This document shows, piece by piece, positions 1 through 13,927 of a DNA stretch of 64,000 bases (the first letter of the stretch is position 1; each line of letters opens with the position of its first letter). The notes under the pieces are model-generated. The model saw only the letters and a program-made list of their open reading frames with translations, made no database searches and was not told where the DNA came from. A program made the translations under genes and the position numbers. This DNA comes from the human T2T-CHM13v2.0 reference genome, Homo sapiens: assembly GCF_009914755.1 (NCBI RefSeq), contig NC_060930.1; one strand, written 5' to 3'.

Positions 1-227
1 TCAAGAGATCAAGACCATCCTGGCCAATATGGTGAAACCGCGTCTCTACTAAAAATACAAAAATTGGCTGGGCATGGTAGCACACCCCTGTAATCCCAGC
101 TACTAGGGAGGCTTAGGCAGGAGAATTGCTTGAACCCGGGAGGCTCGAGGTTGCAGTGAGCCAAGATTGTGCCACTGCACTCCAGCCTGGGGACAGAGCG
201 AGATTCTGTCTCAAAAAAAAAAAAAAA
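1..227 (+). mobile_element. Alu, cut by the window edge
   Basis: Alu consensus body with an A-tail at 213-227. Confidence 0.95.
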
Positions 228-235
228 TGCATTCA

Positions 236-583
<348 letters not shown>

Positions 584-1953
584 CTATGCTGAGTTGCCAA
601 GGCTAAATAGGAGTTACAGTGTATAGACTACCTGGGGTACTGAACGGTAGGACAGAAGCTCAGGGATGTTCAGGGCAGGCAGGGCATCCAGCCTGGCGGG
701 GTGTGTGAAAGTGTCAGGAAGGCCGGGCTCCTGAGCATGCAGGGAGCTGCTTACTCTTCACCCGCCATGAGGATGCTTCCTCTGAGCTTTCTGGAGTGCT
801 ACGTACCCAGGCTGGGTTCTGCTGCTGCTGAGGGCACCAGCCCCTTCGTGCTAGCCTGTCAGTTTTGTCTTAGTGTCTGGAGTTTAGTCGTTTCTTTGTG
901 GTTTAAGCAACAGGTCCTGTAACTAAACTTAAAAATCAATCAAACAATCTAATCCATGCTTTCGGGTCCAAGCCACCAGTCATGTCTGCACCCTTTGCTA
1001 GTCACTGAGCTCTCTGGAAAGTACCTGCACACCCCAGACCGTGGGGCCATCGTCCCCCTGGGTGTCTGAAGTGGATGTTGCCGTGGCTTACTGCAGGCTG
1101 GGACGTCCACAGTGCTTCATGGCAGTGCCAGGGCCCAGGGCTGGACATGGAGAGTCAGGTGAGGAATCCAGCCATCTCTGTGGAACGCTTTGTGAAGCAA
1201 GTGTTTACAATGAATCCAGAAGCACTTATGGAGTGGCTGCTATGTGCACGTAGAGGGCAAAGAAATTTCACACAGGTTCGTTCCCTGCCCTTAACGAGTT
1301 TTCCACGTAGTTATGAAAAGATAACTAACATCATAAAGAAGTACTTGACAAGGTCGTAGCACTCAGGATGGTCATTTTAGACCAATTCCCGTAAAGGGGA
1401 GAAATGAGAGAAAAGGCTGAAGAAATTAGCTGGCAGCCACACTGAGAGGCCCTTGGATGCCCATCTAGGAAAGAGGGACTTGACTCAGCTGCTGGAGCAC
1501 GATGCTTGAACAGGAGATTGAGAGGGCTGGAATTCAGCCCTAGGAGGACTGATCTGGCATCCGAGTATAAAGTGAGCTGATGACAGGTAGTAGGCAGCTG
1601 TTGTCTGATGATGCCGTATTACAAGCACCCTCAAAAACCTCTGTGGCCCTTAACAAGCAGCATTTCTTTTTCTCGTGTGTCTGTGGGACATCTGGGGCAG
1701 CTCTGCGGATTAGGCAAGGCTCGGCCCCGGGCGTTGGTTCAGGTTCAGGTCTCCTCAAATGTTTTTCCAGGACCCAGGCTGAAGGGAGGGCAGCTACCTG
1801 TGGTACTTACTGGCCGCCATGGCCTAGAGCTGAGACATGCAGTATCCCTTACAACCTCTGCCTGTGGCGAAGACTCCATTGTCCAAGGAAGGCACACAAC
1901 ATGTCAGTGGGACAGGGAAGGGCACGCCACCTCAAGAGGGAGAGAAGTGAATA

Positions 1954-2470
<517 letters not shown>

Positions 2471-2563
2471 TGTTTACTAGAACAATACAGCCTCTCACAT
2501 GAGGGGAGACTTGAAGACCCAAGACCAGTTATTTTCTAAGAAGCAGTTGTGTATTTGTTACTC

Positions 2564-2854
2564 TTTTTTTTTTTTTGAGACGGATTCTTGCTCTGTTGCC
2601 CAGGCTGGAGTGCAGTGGCACGATCTCGGCTGCAACCTCCGCCTCCCGGGTTCAAGCAATTCTCCTGCCTCAGCCTCCAAAGTAGCTGGGACTACAGGCA
2701 CGTGTCACCACACCCGGCTAATTTTTGTAATTTTAGTAGAGACGGTGTTTCACCATATTGGTCAGGCTGGTCTCGAACTCCTGACCTCAGGTGATCCACC
2801 TGCCTCGGCCTCCCAAAATGCTGGGATTACAGGTGTGAGCCACCATGCCCAGCC
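2564..2854 (-). mobile_element. AluS (antisense)
   Basis: Poly-T followed by reverse-complement Alu body. Confidence 0.95.
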
Positions 2855-4194
2855 CTACACAGTGCCTTGCTAGGTGCGCAGTAATCTGTTGTTGACATGA
2901 GTTGCCCAGAATTGAAATTGGCTTCCAGCAATGGATATTGGAGTTAGGGAAGCAGAAGATGAAACATACCTTACCAGCCCTGAAGTTTCTTCTTCCAAGA
3001 TATTTGTGGCTGTGTCAGCTGATCCAGCTGCTCTCTGTTGAGTGTTGGCAATAAACGTTTCACCAAATTCCACCCACTATTTGTAGGAGTTGGGCAGAAC
3101 TGAGCTGTTAAAGCCTAGAAACTTTGATAGTGAATAATAACCCATGTGCCTTAGTTTTGAAAGCTTAATATGTGTTTGCACATTTTTTAAAAAAGAGCTA
3201 TGAAATAATTTGGTTTGCTGGAACAGGTTAAGTTTTATTTTGTTTTAAAAAAGGTTGAAAAGTATTTTAAATAAAAGACTAATTGAAATGGAAAGATTAT
3301 ATTTTGGGAGAAGCAAGAAGAAAGTGTATTTTAAAATCCAGTAATGTGCCTTTGGAAATGTAATGATTATCTTTTTTTAATTAAATAAGTGAAATGAATA
3401 CTTAGAAACTATTTGTACTAAGAGAGCTCTTCCATTTTCATAATACCATCCTTTATTTATGTATGGATTCTTACATTTGGAGGAAGTCTTCCCTGTGTTA
3501 CCAAGCAATGGGCTGGAAAGTGTCACCCCCATTTGCTGTGGAACTCAGGTTCAGAGAGGGCAGAGACTTGACTCCGATCAGACAGCAAGGTAAGAACTGG
3601 AAGGCAGCCTCCCAGGCCCTGTGTGAAGGTTCATAACGGTTCATGGACTTAGAGCAGACAGACACTCAGTGGGCCTGAAAGCGGGCAAGCAGCAGGTGAC
3701 AAGTCAGATTTTAACATGTGAGGAAGGCCATGACTTCTACCCCAGCCCAGCAGGAACGCTGTAGTATGTCCAACAATTGGTGTCAACCGTGAATGAGACT
3801 CTGCGTGGGCACAGCGGGTGGGGGGTAGGGGGCACGCAGGAGAGGAGAGGAGGATGAATCACATGTGGTCACCAGCCTATAAAGGCTTTTGAAGACTCCA
3901 GGAGGAGTAGAGAAGGTAACCATCTGTTATAACCCAGCTGAGCCCAGGCAAAGTCATAAATAAGCTCAACTTGCTAGTTCTTCCCCCAGGATTATCATGA
4001 AGTTAGCAAGATATATATGCTGAGTACTTTACGTGTTTAAAACTTCTGTCATATGTGTATATGAAGATCGCATTACTCTCCTGAAATTATACTACCTGCA
4101 CATTTTAGTTTTCAGGATAACACAGGTCTCTATGCCTCAGACCGGGCATTTTCCCCTTCACGGTTCCCATGAGCCCCTTAAGATCTGAGGAGAG

Positions 4195-4497
<303 letters not shown>

Positions 4498-4775
4498 ATC
4501 TGAGGAGAGAGTTTAATGAGGTGAGCTGCATGCTTGGATTAGAAGATGCCAGAAGTATGATGGAATGCAGCAACTTGGATGGAAACGTCCAGTGGTCCGC
4601 CCCATGGCCTCGAGAGAATGAGTTCACCAAGAAGCCGGGTGGGTGATCAGTTGCTGTGAGGGCAGTCAGAGCAGGCTCATGGCCCTGGTGCAGAAGTGCA
4701 GCTTGGGACCCCGTCACCTCCCAGGGCATAGTCTCACCCGCGGTCAAGAACTTTGCTTCTAGGGTTTGTTTAGAG

Positions 4776-5239
4776 CAGGGATTCCTGACCTGGGTGACAT
4801 GAATGGAATTCAGGGGTCCACGAACTTGGAGAGGAAAACAGTTACATTTTTATTTCCACTAACGTCTAAATGAAATTGAATATTTCCTTTAATGAATATG
4901 GGAAACACATCACACTAGTGGTGTTTGTCACCACTAGAAACTGCAGCTATTTTATATGGTGTCATGGTTATTGCAGATAGCTCAGCATAACATTTACACT
5001 TGCCACTACTTCAAAATTGTGGAAGATGATAAACCATAGATCTTACTAGTTAGCATATTCGAAGTATGTATTTTTCTATATCACGATGTCGAAATTATGT
5101 TAGAAACATCGTCTTTATTATTGCTTTCTTTTGTCATCTCACATATTTATGTATTTAGAAACATGCTGGGAAGGGGTTCACGGGCCTCAGCGGAATGCTG
5201 AGGGCTTCATCACACACACAAGAAATCTCAGAGTCCCTG
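4776..5239. mobile_element. hAT-Charlie DNA transposon relic (MER119-like)
   Basis: Terminal inverted ends cagggattc...gagtccctg; interior resembles the recalled consensus. Confidence 0.6.
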
Positions 5240-6234
5240 GTTCACTCTTGTTGAGGCTCTTAAATTGTTAGAAAATAGACTCCCTAAGATGACAAGTCAC
5301 ATTATCTCTCCACCCAACCAAGGAAGGGGTTTGTGTAGATTTTTTTCAAATAGTATACAAAACCATTTCTTTCAAGAATGCCGCATTTAAAGGCTCTTTT
5401 TTTAAAACAAACAAACAAACAAACCAACTACAGTAGGCTCCTTCCGCTTCCTCTCTCTCTTCCTCTTTTCCTCTCTCAACCCAAACACAGTTGTGCAGCA
5501 TGCAGTTTCCTGAGGGTAGGGAGGAAGGACCACCTACAGTGTGGCCTGCCTGGCCTGGGGTTTTCTGTGAGCAAAGGATGTTTAACCCTTTCATTGCAAA
5601 GAAGCAAGAGAAAGGGCAGTGGCAGGGTGAGGTCTGTGCAGGTGCCCTCTGCCCTTTCGTCTGGGTAAACAGAAACCATCTTCATGGCTGTTTAAACGTT
5701 GGAGAGCCTTTGTTCCCTCTCGTTGTCCATACTTTCTTCAGTCCCTTTATGCTACCGAGAAATATTGGGAAGAAAAGAACCCTCAGTGTAGTTAAAGAGA
5801 TTAAAACCTGTTCACAAGAGAGAATAGAATATTGACAGTGCCGTCTTAAATTTGAAGCAGCGATTCTTTCCAAGCTCCGCATGGGCTTTCTGAGGGCTTG
5901 TATCACATCCATTTCTATTGAAAGTTGACAGAAACAAGATCGTATTGCACAATGTCTTCTTGGCTCTCACAAGTTAAATTCCTAACAATGCGATGTGCCA
6001 TTATATGATAAAAGTAACCAGTGTCTACCTGGTTTGTGCCTGAAAATCCACTGCTTATCACTACTGATTTGTGGGTTTGTTTTTCACCAACGAATTGAAA
6101 ACATGCATTTTTTTCCACCTTTGCTCATGCTGACACTTCGCTGGAGGACAGGAAGTCACGCTGTGCGTGCATGGATTTGCCGTCATGCTGTATGTGCTCA
6201 GGGGGCGTCCTCAGAGCTGTACCCAGAGCGAGAA

Positions 6235-7040
6235 GCACGTCATTCATTCACCCTACTTCAGAAATATCCACTGACGGCCGATTATATGGGCTCTGTGCTC
6301 GGGAGCTCTGGGAGACAGTGGTGAATGTGGTCAACATGGCCCTGCCTGCAAAGAGCTTAGAGATACCCACCGAGAAGCACAGGTGGATTAGGAGGCACCG
6401 GTGGTACAGGGAGGTGAGTGACACAACGGCAAAGTCCAGCTCACATGGGAGCATACGGGAAAGATGCCCAACCTGGAGGAAGCAGCGTCCCATCTGGGCT
6501 GAGCTCTGGTCAGCCAGGCACAGAGAGGAGAGCTAGCAAGAAGATGCTGCTGTGCAAGTGGGAGGATGCCTGTGCTGAGCCCGGGCAGGAGAAGGTGGGC
6601 CTGCCCGAGGGACCAGAGGTGTGGCTGACGTGGAGACTCAGGTCAGAGTGAGTCAGTGTGGCAGAGAGGGCTGCAACAGGCCAGGGGGTAGGCAGGCACC
6701 TTATAAGCCACGCAAAAGAGTTTTGATCTTATCTGAGGACAAGAGACAAAAGTGGCCTTATCAAATGCATGCTTCAAAAAGTGTCCTCTGTCTCTCCAGC
6801 AGAGAACAAACTGGATGGTGGCACGACAGAGCCAAGGAGACGAGAGGGGGGGCTGTCCCCACAGGGCGGGACAGGGCACTAGAGTCCAGGCCAGGGCAGT
6901 GGCCAAGGAGACAGAAAGATGTGGATGATTCCAGAAAAATTTCAGCCAAAGAACTGACAGGACTTGATACTTCATTAAATTCCTGGAGTTGGGGCAAAGG
7001 AGAGTGCTTGACCCCTCTGGTTCCTGAGAGCATGGTTTTT
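6235..7040 (-). mobile_element. L2 LINE relic (approximate bounds)
   Basis: cattcattca... L2 3'-end pattern followed by degenerate purine-rich L2-like sequence. Confidence 0.55.
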
Positions 7041-8173
7041 TCCCCATGCTACCAAGTAATGCTTTTAAGGAAAAGTAGAGTTCACATATTTTAAGTGGAT
7101 CATGGCTTGGTGACCTGAGTCTGTAAAGTATGTAATTCAGTGTAACTACCTGGACCCCTTGGGTTCTTGGTCCAGAAGTTGATCTGTGGCAGCCTAAAAT
7201 AAACATGAGGACCTCGAAACAGTGGGATCAGCTCCAAAGAGCCAGAGCTGAGCACTGCCTGTGTCAAAAGGTGCGCACCTGGAGGGAAAGCGAGAGGTGG
7301 GAAATGGATGTAGCAGCAATGGCACTGGACAGGAGAGGCCTTAGAAGGAGCCGAGGGCAGCTTGCACTGGGCAGAGAAGTCCACGGCTGGCCCTGAAGGA
7401 GAAGCTGCTTTGTGTAGGGTGATGGCCACTCCAGGAACAGCTGAGGATGATTGCCAGGGCACTCAGGATGCTCCCTTTATCCAGAATGTCTTCCCATCAT
7501 CATCTCTCTCTTTTGCCCGGTGATCTACAATTTACAAAGCAACGTCATAAAGAGCAGGAAGAGTTTTGTGTTGAGTGAGGTAGGTTGCTCGAGGGTCTTA
7601 AATAAGAAGTGCCATCATGTGCCACAAGTGGGGAGTCCATCTTCCATTCTGCTCTGAGCAGTGAGTGTCTTTCCCTGTCTTGTGGGGTCACAGAATAGGG
7701 ACCAGAGGAGGTGGCCGGGCACTGAGCTTGCAGATGGTGGCCCAAGGAGTAAGCAAGCCCTTCAGGAGAGCCGGTGGACAGCAATGGAATGCTTGAAGGG
7801 GCTCTGTGCAGGGGCTGAAGCCAGTGGAGTTGGAAGAAGAGCCCAAAGTGTCAAGGGGAACAAGCAGTGGGACCCAGAGGCAGATCCAGCCTGGATCAGG
7901 GTCTGCTCACCCAGGCCTGCCTTAAAGTAGCAACAACTCCTTGGGGACAAAGAACTGGGGAGTAATCTCACAACATACTTTTTGGAAATTTTGCCTCTGA
8001 CTTTGTGGGGTGAATCATTGAAGTTCATCACAGAGGGGGCTGCAGGCCATCCCAGGGGAGTCCTTTGTTGGCATCATAGAGGCCCACGCAGTGACCCCCA
8101 ACCACCTTAAATATTCACAGACAGCTGAACTGGGCAGATCCCACCCACGACCTGAGTCAAGAATCTACACCTG

Positions 8174-8546
<373 letters not shown>

Positions 8547-9015
8547 TCAGGTTCCTGTCGGTCACTCCTGAGAGTCTCAACAGCCCCTGGAGGTCAGGAT
8601 GGAGGGAGGGGCTACACATTCCAAGAAGGAGAGGCAGCGTTGGCCCACAGAGCGGCCTTGGTCTCAATGTTGGACTTGGAGGACTGGAGCTTGTGGACAG
8701 ACCCATGTTGTCCGAGCTCTCATCCTGAATGCAGAAAGCCAGAATGCAGATTTGTTCATTTTCAACAGATGACTGCAGGACCAACGTTGTCACAGGGGCC
8801 AGCATTCTCTCACCAGGCAAAGCCAGCCGCTTCTCTGCCTGGTATCAAGCTGCCTGGGCAGCCAATTCGTAATCAGAGTGCCAATTTATAAGTGTAGAAT
8901 GAGAAATAGAACTGCCACAGGAAGCAGAATCACTGCCTGGTCGGCCCTGTGGGACTTTCTGGAGACTTCTGTCAAATATGCTCGTGTAAGACTGGGAGCC
9001 ATGAATAAATGCACA

Positions 9016-9310
9016 TTTTTGTTTGTTTTTGTTTTTGTTTTGTTTTTTGAGACAGGGTCCTGCTCTGTCTGCTGGAGTGCTGTGATGCAATCTCCACCTC
9101 CCGGGTTCAAGCCATCCTTCTGCCTCAGCCTCCCCGAGTAGCTGGGGCTATAGGCACGCGCCACCATGCCCAGCTAATTTTTGTATTTTTAGTAGAGACA
9201 GGGTTTCACCATATTGGCCAGGTTGGTCTCAAACTCCTGACCTCAGGTGATCTGCCCACCTCGGCCTCCCAAAGTGCTGGGATTACAGTCATGAGCCCCC
9301 GCGCCTGGCC
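9016..9310 (-). mobile_element. AluS (antisense) with internal deletions
   Basis: (TTTTG)n tail and reverse Alu body. Confidence 0.92.
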
Positions 9311-9934
9311 AATATGTGTACTTTTAAAAAGTGCTTTGATAGAGGATTCTGATGTAAAATAATGCGTCTAACGTAAATTTTTTAAGGTATCACGTCTTTT
9401 TTATTCTGTGCATTTATTTAGAAACTGTTTATGACAAAAGAGTGAGATTACATGTCTAATACAGTTTTTTGGAGAGAGCATCCCTGGCCAATAGGAAAGC
9501 TTCAACAACAGAATTTCTGGGGCCTCCCGGGCACATTTTCATCCTGTTCTGGCTTTGTCAGTGATACTCAACTGCAGTGTCAGTGCCCAGTGCAAAGAGA
9601 CCTTCTTCCAAGGCAAAGGTAGATGTGTGCCTGCAGGTTGGAGACGATCCAGCAAGGGAGGGTGGACTCTGGCCAAGTGCTCACCTTATTTCTGCCTGGA
9701 ATTGTCAAACTGCAACTTAGCTTGAAAAATATATTTCTTCCATACCCAGAAAAGCCACAAGCGATTGCTTCATGAAAGTCTGTCTCTGTTCATCTGACTT
9801 TCCCTGTTTGTGCATCTTTTTGACCGGCTCCGTCCCTTTTGTGTGTGTGTGGTTCTTGGCTTTGTGGCTCTGACGAGTGTGTGTTTATACCTGTGTCTTG
9901 CTCCTTTTGCCTTCCGGAGTCTCTCTTTCTGCCA

Positions 9935-10780
9935 GGCTTATGTCTCTAGCTCAGACCTCTCCTCAGAGCTCCAGACATGCATATGTAGCTTCCCGCTGGA
10001 CATGTCCACTTGGGGAGATAAAAGCACCCCAAATCATCTTTCCCCAGTGACCCCCCACCTTGCTGAGGGCCAGCCCCATTCACAGGCTACACAGACGTGA
10101 GGGTCCTACCGACTCCTTTCTCTGCCACACCCTGCTCACCTAATCCATCACCAGGCTCTGTACAGTTTGCTTACTAGGTGGATCCCAGCTTAAACCACTT
10201 CATCCCTTTCCTTCTGTGCACTGCCTCGGCCAGCTGCAAGCCGCCATCATCTCTCACTTTAACTGTGCAAAGGTCTCTCGGAGGACACCCACCATCCACT
10301 CTGCTCCTCATCTAATCCAGCCTCTATGCTGACATCAGAGTGACCGTTTCCAAACAGAATCTCATCACTATGGGAAGGAGGCCAAAATCCTTAACCTAGT
10401 ATACAAGACCCACCTCTCTCGGCTTGCACCGTAGTCCTGCATGCCACCTGGGCTCCAGCCCCGAGGTCTCCTCTGGTTCCTCTCTGTTAATTCCTGCTCA
10501 TCTTTCAGGGAGATGTTCAGGCGTGGGCTCCTCAGGGAAGCCTGCCACTGCACACACTTCCCATAGCTTTCTGTATGCTTCCTTCATAGCTCTGACCAGG
10601 GTTGTCATGGTATACACTGGGGATGTGTGGACTCGAGTGGCCGATGTCTCTGCCCACAGTTGGGTAAGCTTCAAGAGGCCAGGCCTGTGTCAGTTTCCCT
10701 TACTGTATTCCCAGCAGCCAACTCCTTGACTGGCATGCAGCTGCTCAGTTAGTATTTACTGAAGGAGAGAAGGGAGGGAA
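9935..10780 (+). mobile_element. L2 LINE relic (approximate bounds)
   Basis: Pyrimidine-rich L2-like body ending gctcagttagtatttactgaagg (L2 3' end). Confidence 0.65.
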
Positions 10781-11214
10781 GAAGAAAAAGAGAATTTGAT
10801 GCTCCTCTTGCTGTATCTACCTTCATGTCTCCATCGTAGTCTTCTCTCTTAGAGAAAAAAAAAAAAAGTATATTGCTTTTTTGGCCCTATGATGAGGTTA
10901 GTGTTCTCAACTGGGGGGAAAAAAAAAGCCTCGGGCACCCAATCTAAACTAAATGAAACCCATATCCTTCACCCTCAAACCTACCAGAAGCACAAATTTT
11001 AAAATGTCAGACTCCAAGAGAAATGATCATTTAAAAAAAATTAAGTCTGATCAAGAGCTAGTAATCCTTGCACAGTTCTGGGAGGGTGGAAATGCCATCA
11101 CTGAAAATGACTCATGGTGTCTTTAGGTCTGTGACTGACGCAACCTACACGTGTATTTATCTACTCAACAGATATCGGAGGGCCTCACGTGTGCCTCCTA
11201 CAAATTCGAATAAA

Positions 11215-11450
11215 ACAGTAGCTTTCAAACTTTTTGTGTTTTACAGCAACTCACAGTAGGAAATACATTTTCTACTGGGATCCAGTGCACAGAGATGCAC
11301 ATAAAAGGCATGAAACAGTGCTTGCCTTTCTCAACAGAAGATGCCTTGATACTTTCTATTTTATTGTTTGTTTTTAGTGCTGGTCATGACCAGCTAAATC
11401 AATTTCATGACTCACTATTTGATCACAACCCTTAGTTTAAGAAATCCTGG
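11215..11450. mobile_element. hAT-Charlie-like DNA transposon relic
   Basis: tttcaaactttt... and ...gtttaagaaatcctg termini typical of Charlie MITEs. Confidence 0.45.
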
Positions 11451-12167
11451 AATAAAGCGTAATTAGAGTAGCTCCTTCTGAGTAGGCCAAGGATTCCATT
11501 GACTTATGCCGGGGTTAGCCCAGGGTGTCAGCCTGCCTGGGGCTGGGATTTTAGGTTGTATACCTCCGGGACCCTGGGGATGGCACATTTAGCATGCCAC
11601 ACGATAGGCACCTGTTGGCCTGCCTTCTTAGAACAGCTCAGTTTTAAATTCTGGTTGAAATAAATCATTTCAAGCAGCCTTGTTGGAGCAGTAGGCAGCC
11701 CATCCATCTCATCATCTGAAATAAGTTATTTCAGTTTCTGTGAACTAACCTGATAGGTCATCCATTCTTAACCTGGGGCCTAGGAATAGGCTTCGGGAAA
11801 TTGTACCTAAAATGTGTGAGTGCACGAGAGTGAAGGGATCCATAGCTGTCATCAGAGTTTTAAACCAGTAAGGAATGAAAAAAAAAGTCTAAGAACGGTT
11901 GCCCTGGAGGCTATAAACAGTTTCTGATACTCTTGGAAAATAGTATTGAAAGGGCTGACAGTTTTAGTGTTTGCTGACTCTTCCTCTCGTGGTCTCCCTG
12001 ATATTATATCCTTCTTCCTTGGTAAACTTGTTCCCATCACACCTTCACCCAGTCAGCCTCGCCCAGGCTAGAAAATGGCAGCTCTTGGCAAGCCCCCCCA
12101 CCGCTGGCTGGTGCACCTGGGTGAAGACACCGCAGCTCTTGGTAGGGGGGATGGGGGGGCGGGGAGT

Positions 12168-12488
12168 GCAAAAGGCCAGGACCCAAGTTCAAGTCCTGTG
12201 CCATAGAGTCCTACATCCCATCAACAGTGCCCCACTGTGTGGTGTTTCATAAGGGAGCAGCCCCACCTCCAGGAACTTCACTCACAGCTGCTCACAAAAA
12301 TTACAGTCAACTTTACCACATTTACTAGCTGACTGATTTACAGTCAACTTTACCACATTTACTAGCTGACTGATTTTTTTTTTTTTTTGGTTGATGTAAG
12401 CAGTGATCCATTTTAGAAAATGAAAAGTAATGAGGAAACTCAATATATAAAACAGACATAGGTCTAACTGCTGTAGTTCAAGGGGAAG
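12168..12488 (+). repeat. Local direct duplication, copy 1 (includes a perfect 2x37-bp tandem at 12301-12374)
   Basis: Aligns colinearly with 13627-13927. Confidence 0.95.
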
Positions 12489-12685
12489 AAAAGCCCCAAG
12501 GCTCTCCATAGAGAAGGGGCTGTTGACTAGGCCTTAACTCCGAGGAAATCACAACTTCCTCACTGTGTGATGTTCTTAGAAAAACTCTCTATAAATCCTC
12601 TCAGAAAACCCCATGGAATCGCTAGACATCGATCTGCCACAAATGGGAAAATCACATTCCCAGGCCGTAACACTATGGCAGTTAG

Positions 12686-13156
<471 letters not shown>

Positions 13157-13626
13157 ACTGGTAGAACTTTGCCTGTTCTTTTGAGTGCCTTTGTTGAGAA
13201 AAGTAATTAAGGACCTGCTGACTGGACTGCAGTGACTCAGTGAAGTGCTTGCAGCTTTATGTGAACAACAAGAAACAAAAACAGCACACTGTATTTAGAG
13301 CTCCAGACGTCTGTGCGGACCCAAGTCTGCTGGCAGGGGTATTGATGTCGTACTTCGTCATTTCTGAGTGCCATTAGAGCCACCAACCTGTTCTGGGCCT
13401 AGGCTGGGTCTGTAAGCGCCCCTGTTCTCGTAAATACTTTATTTGTAGAGTTCCTGCTGCTGGGCTGGCCAGCACTTCCTCATTGTGTGAAATGTGTAGA
13501 CACAATTGACTTCAGTTCTTGAAAAGTTTTATTTAGCTATGGAATCGTAGTATTTGAGTTGGAAATAACCTTTTATAGCATATCCGACTTGCTGAGGCCC
13601 AGAAACTGTGCACATCATATCACTAG

Positions 13627-13796
13627 GCAAAAGGCCAGGACCCAAGTTCAAGTCCTCTGCCGTAGAGTCCTACATCCTGCCAGCAGTGCCCATCATGTGG
13701 TGTTTCATAAGGGGGCAGCATCGCACCCTAGGAACTTCACTCAGAGCTGCTCACAATAATTACAGTCAACATTTGCCACATTTACTAGCTGACTGC

Positions 13797-13827
<31 letters not shown>

Positions 13828-13927
13828 GGTTGTTATAAGCAGTGATCCATTTTAGAAAATGAAAAATAATGAGGAAACTCAGTATATAAAACAGACATAG
13901 GTCTAACTGCTATAGTTCAAGGGGAAG
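13627..13927 (+). repeat. Local direct duplication, copy 2
   Basis: Aligns with 12168-12488; single copy of the 37-mer; (TTTTG)n in place of poly-T. Confidence 0.95.

Noticed and set aside
10388-10970. Perfect U12 branch motif TCCTTAAC with a downstream AC, and ATATCCTTC at 10962
   Set aside because: The branch motif lies in an L2 relic with no U12 donor seen upstream in the window and no coding frame between the motifs; likely chance
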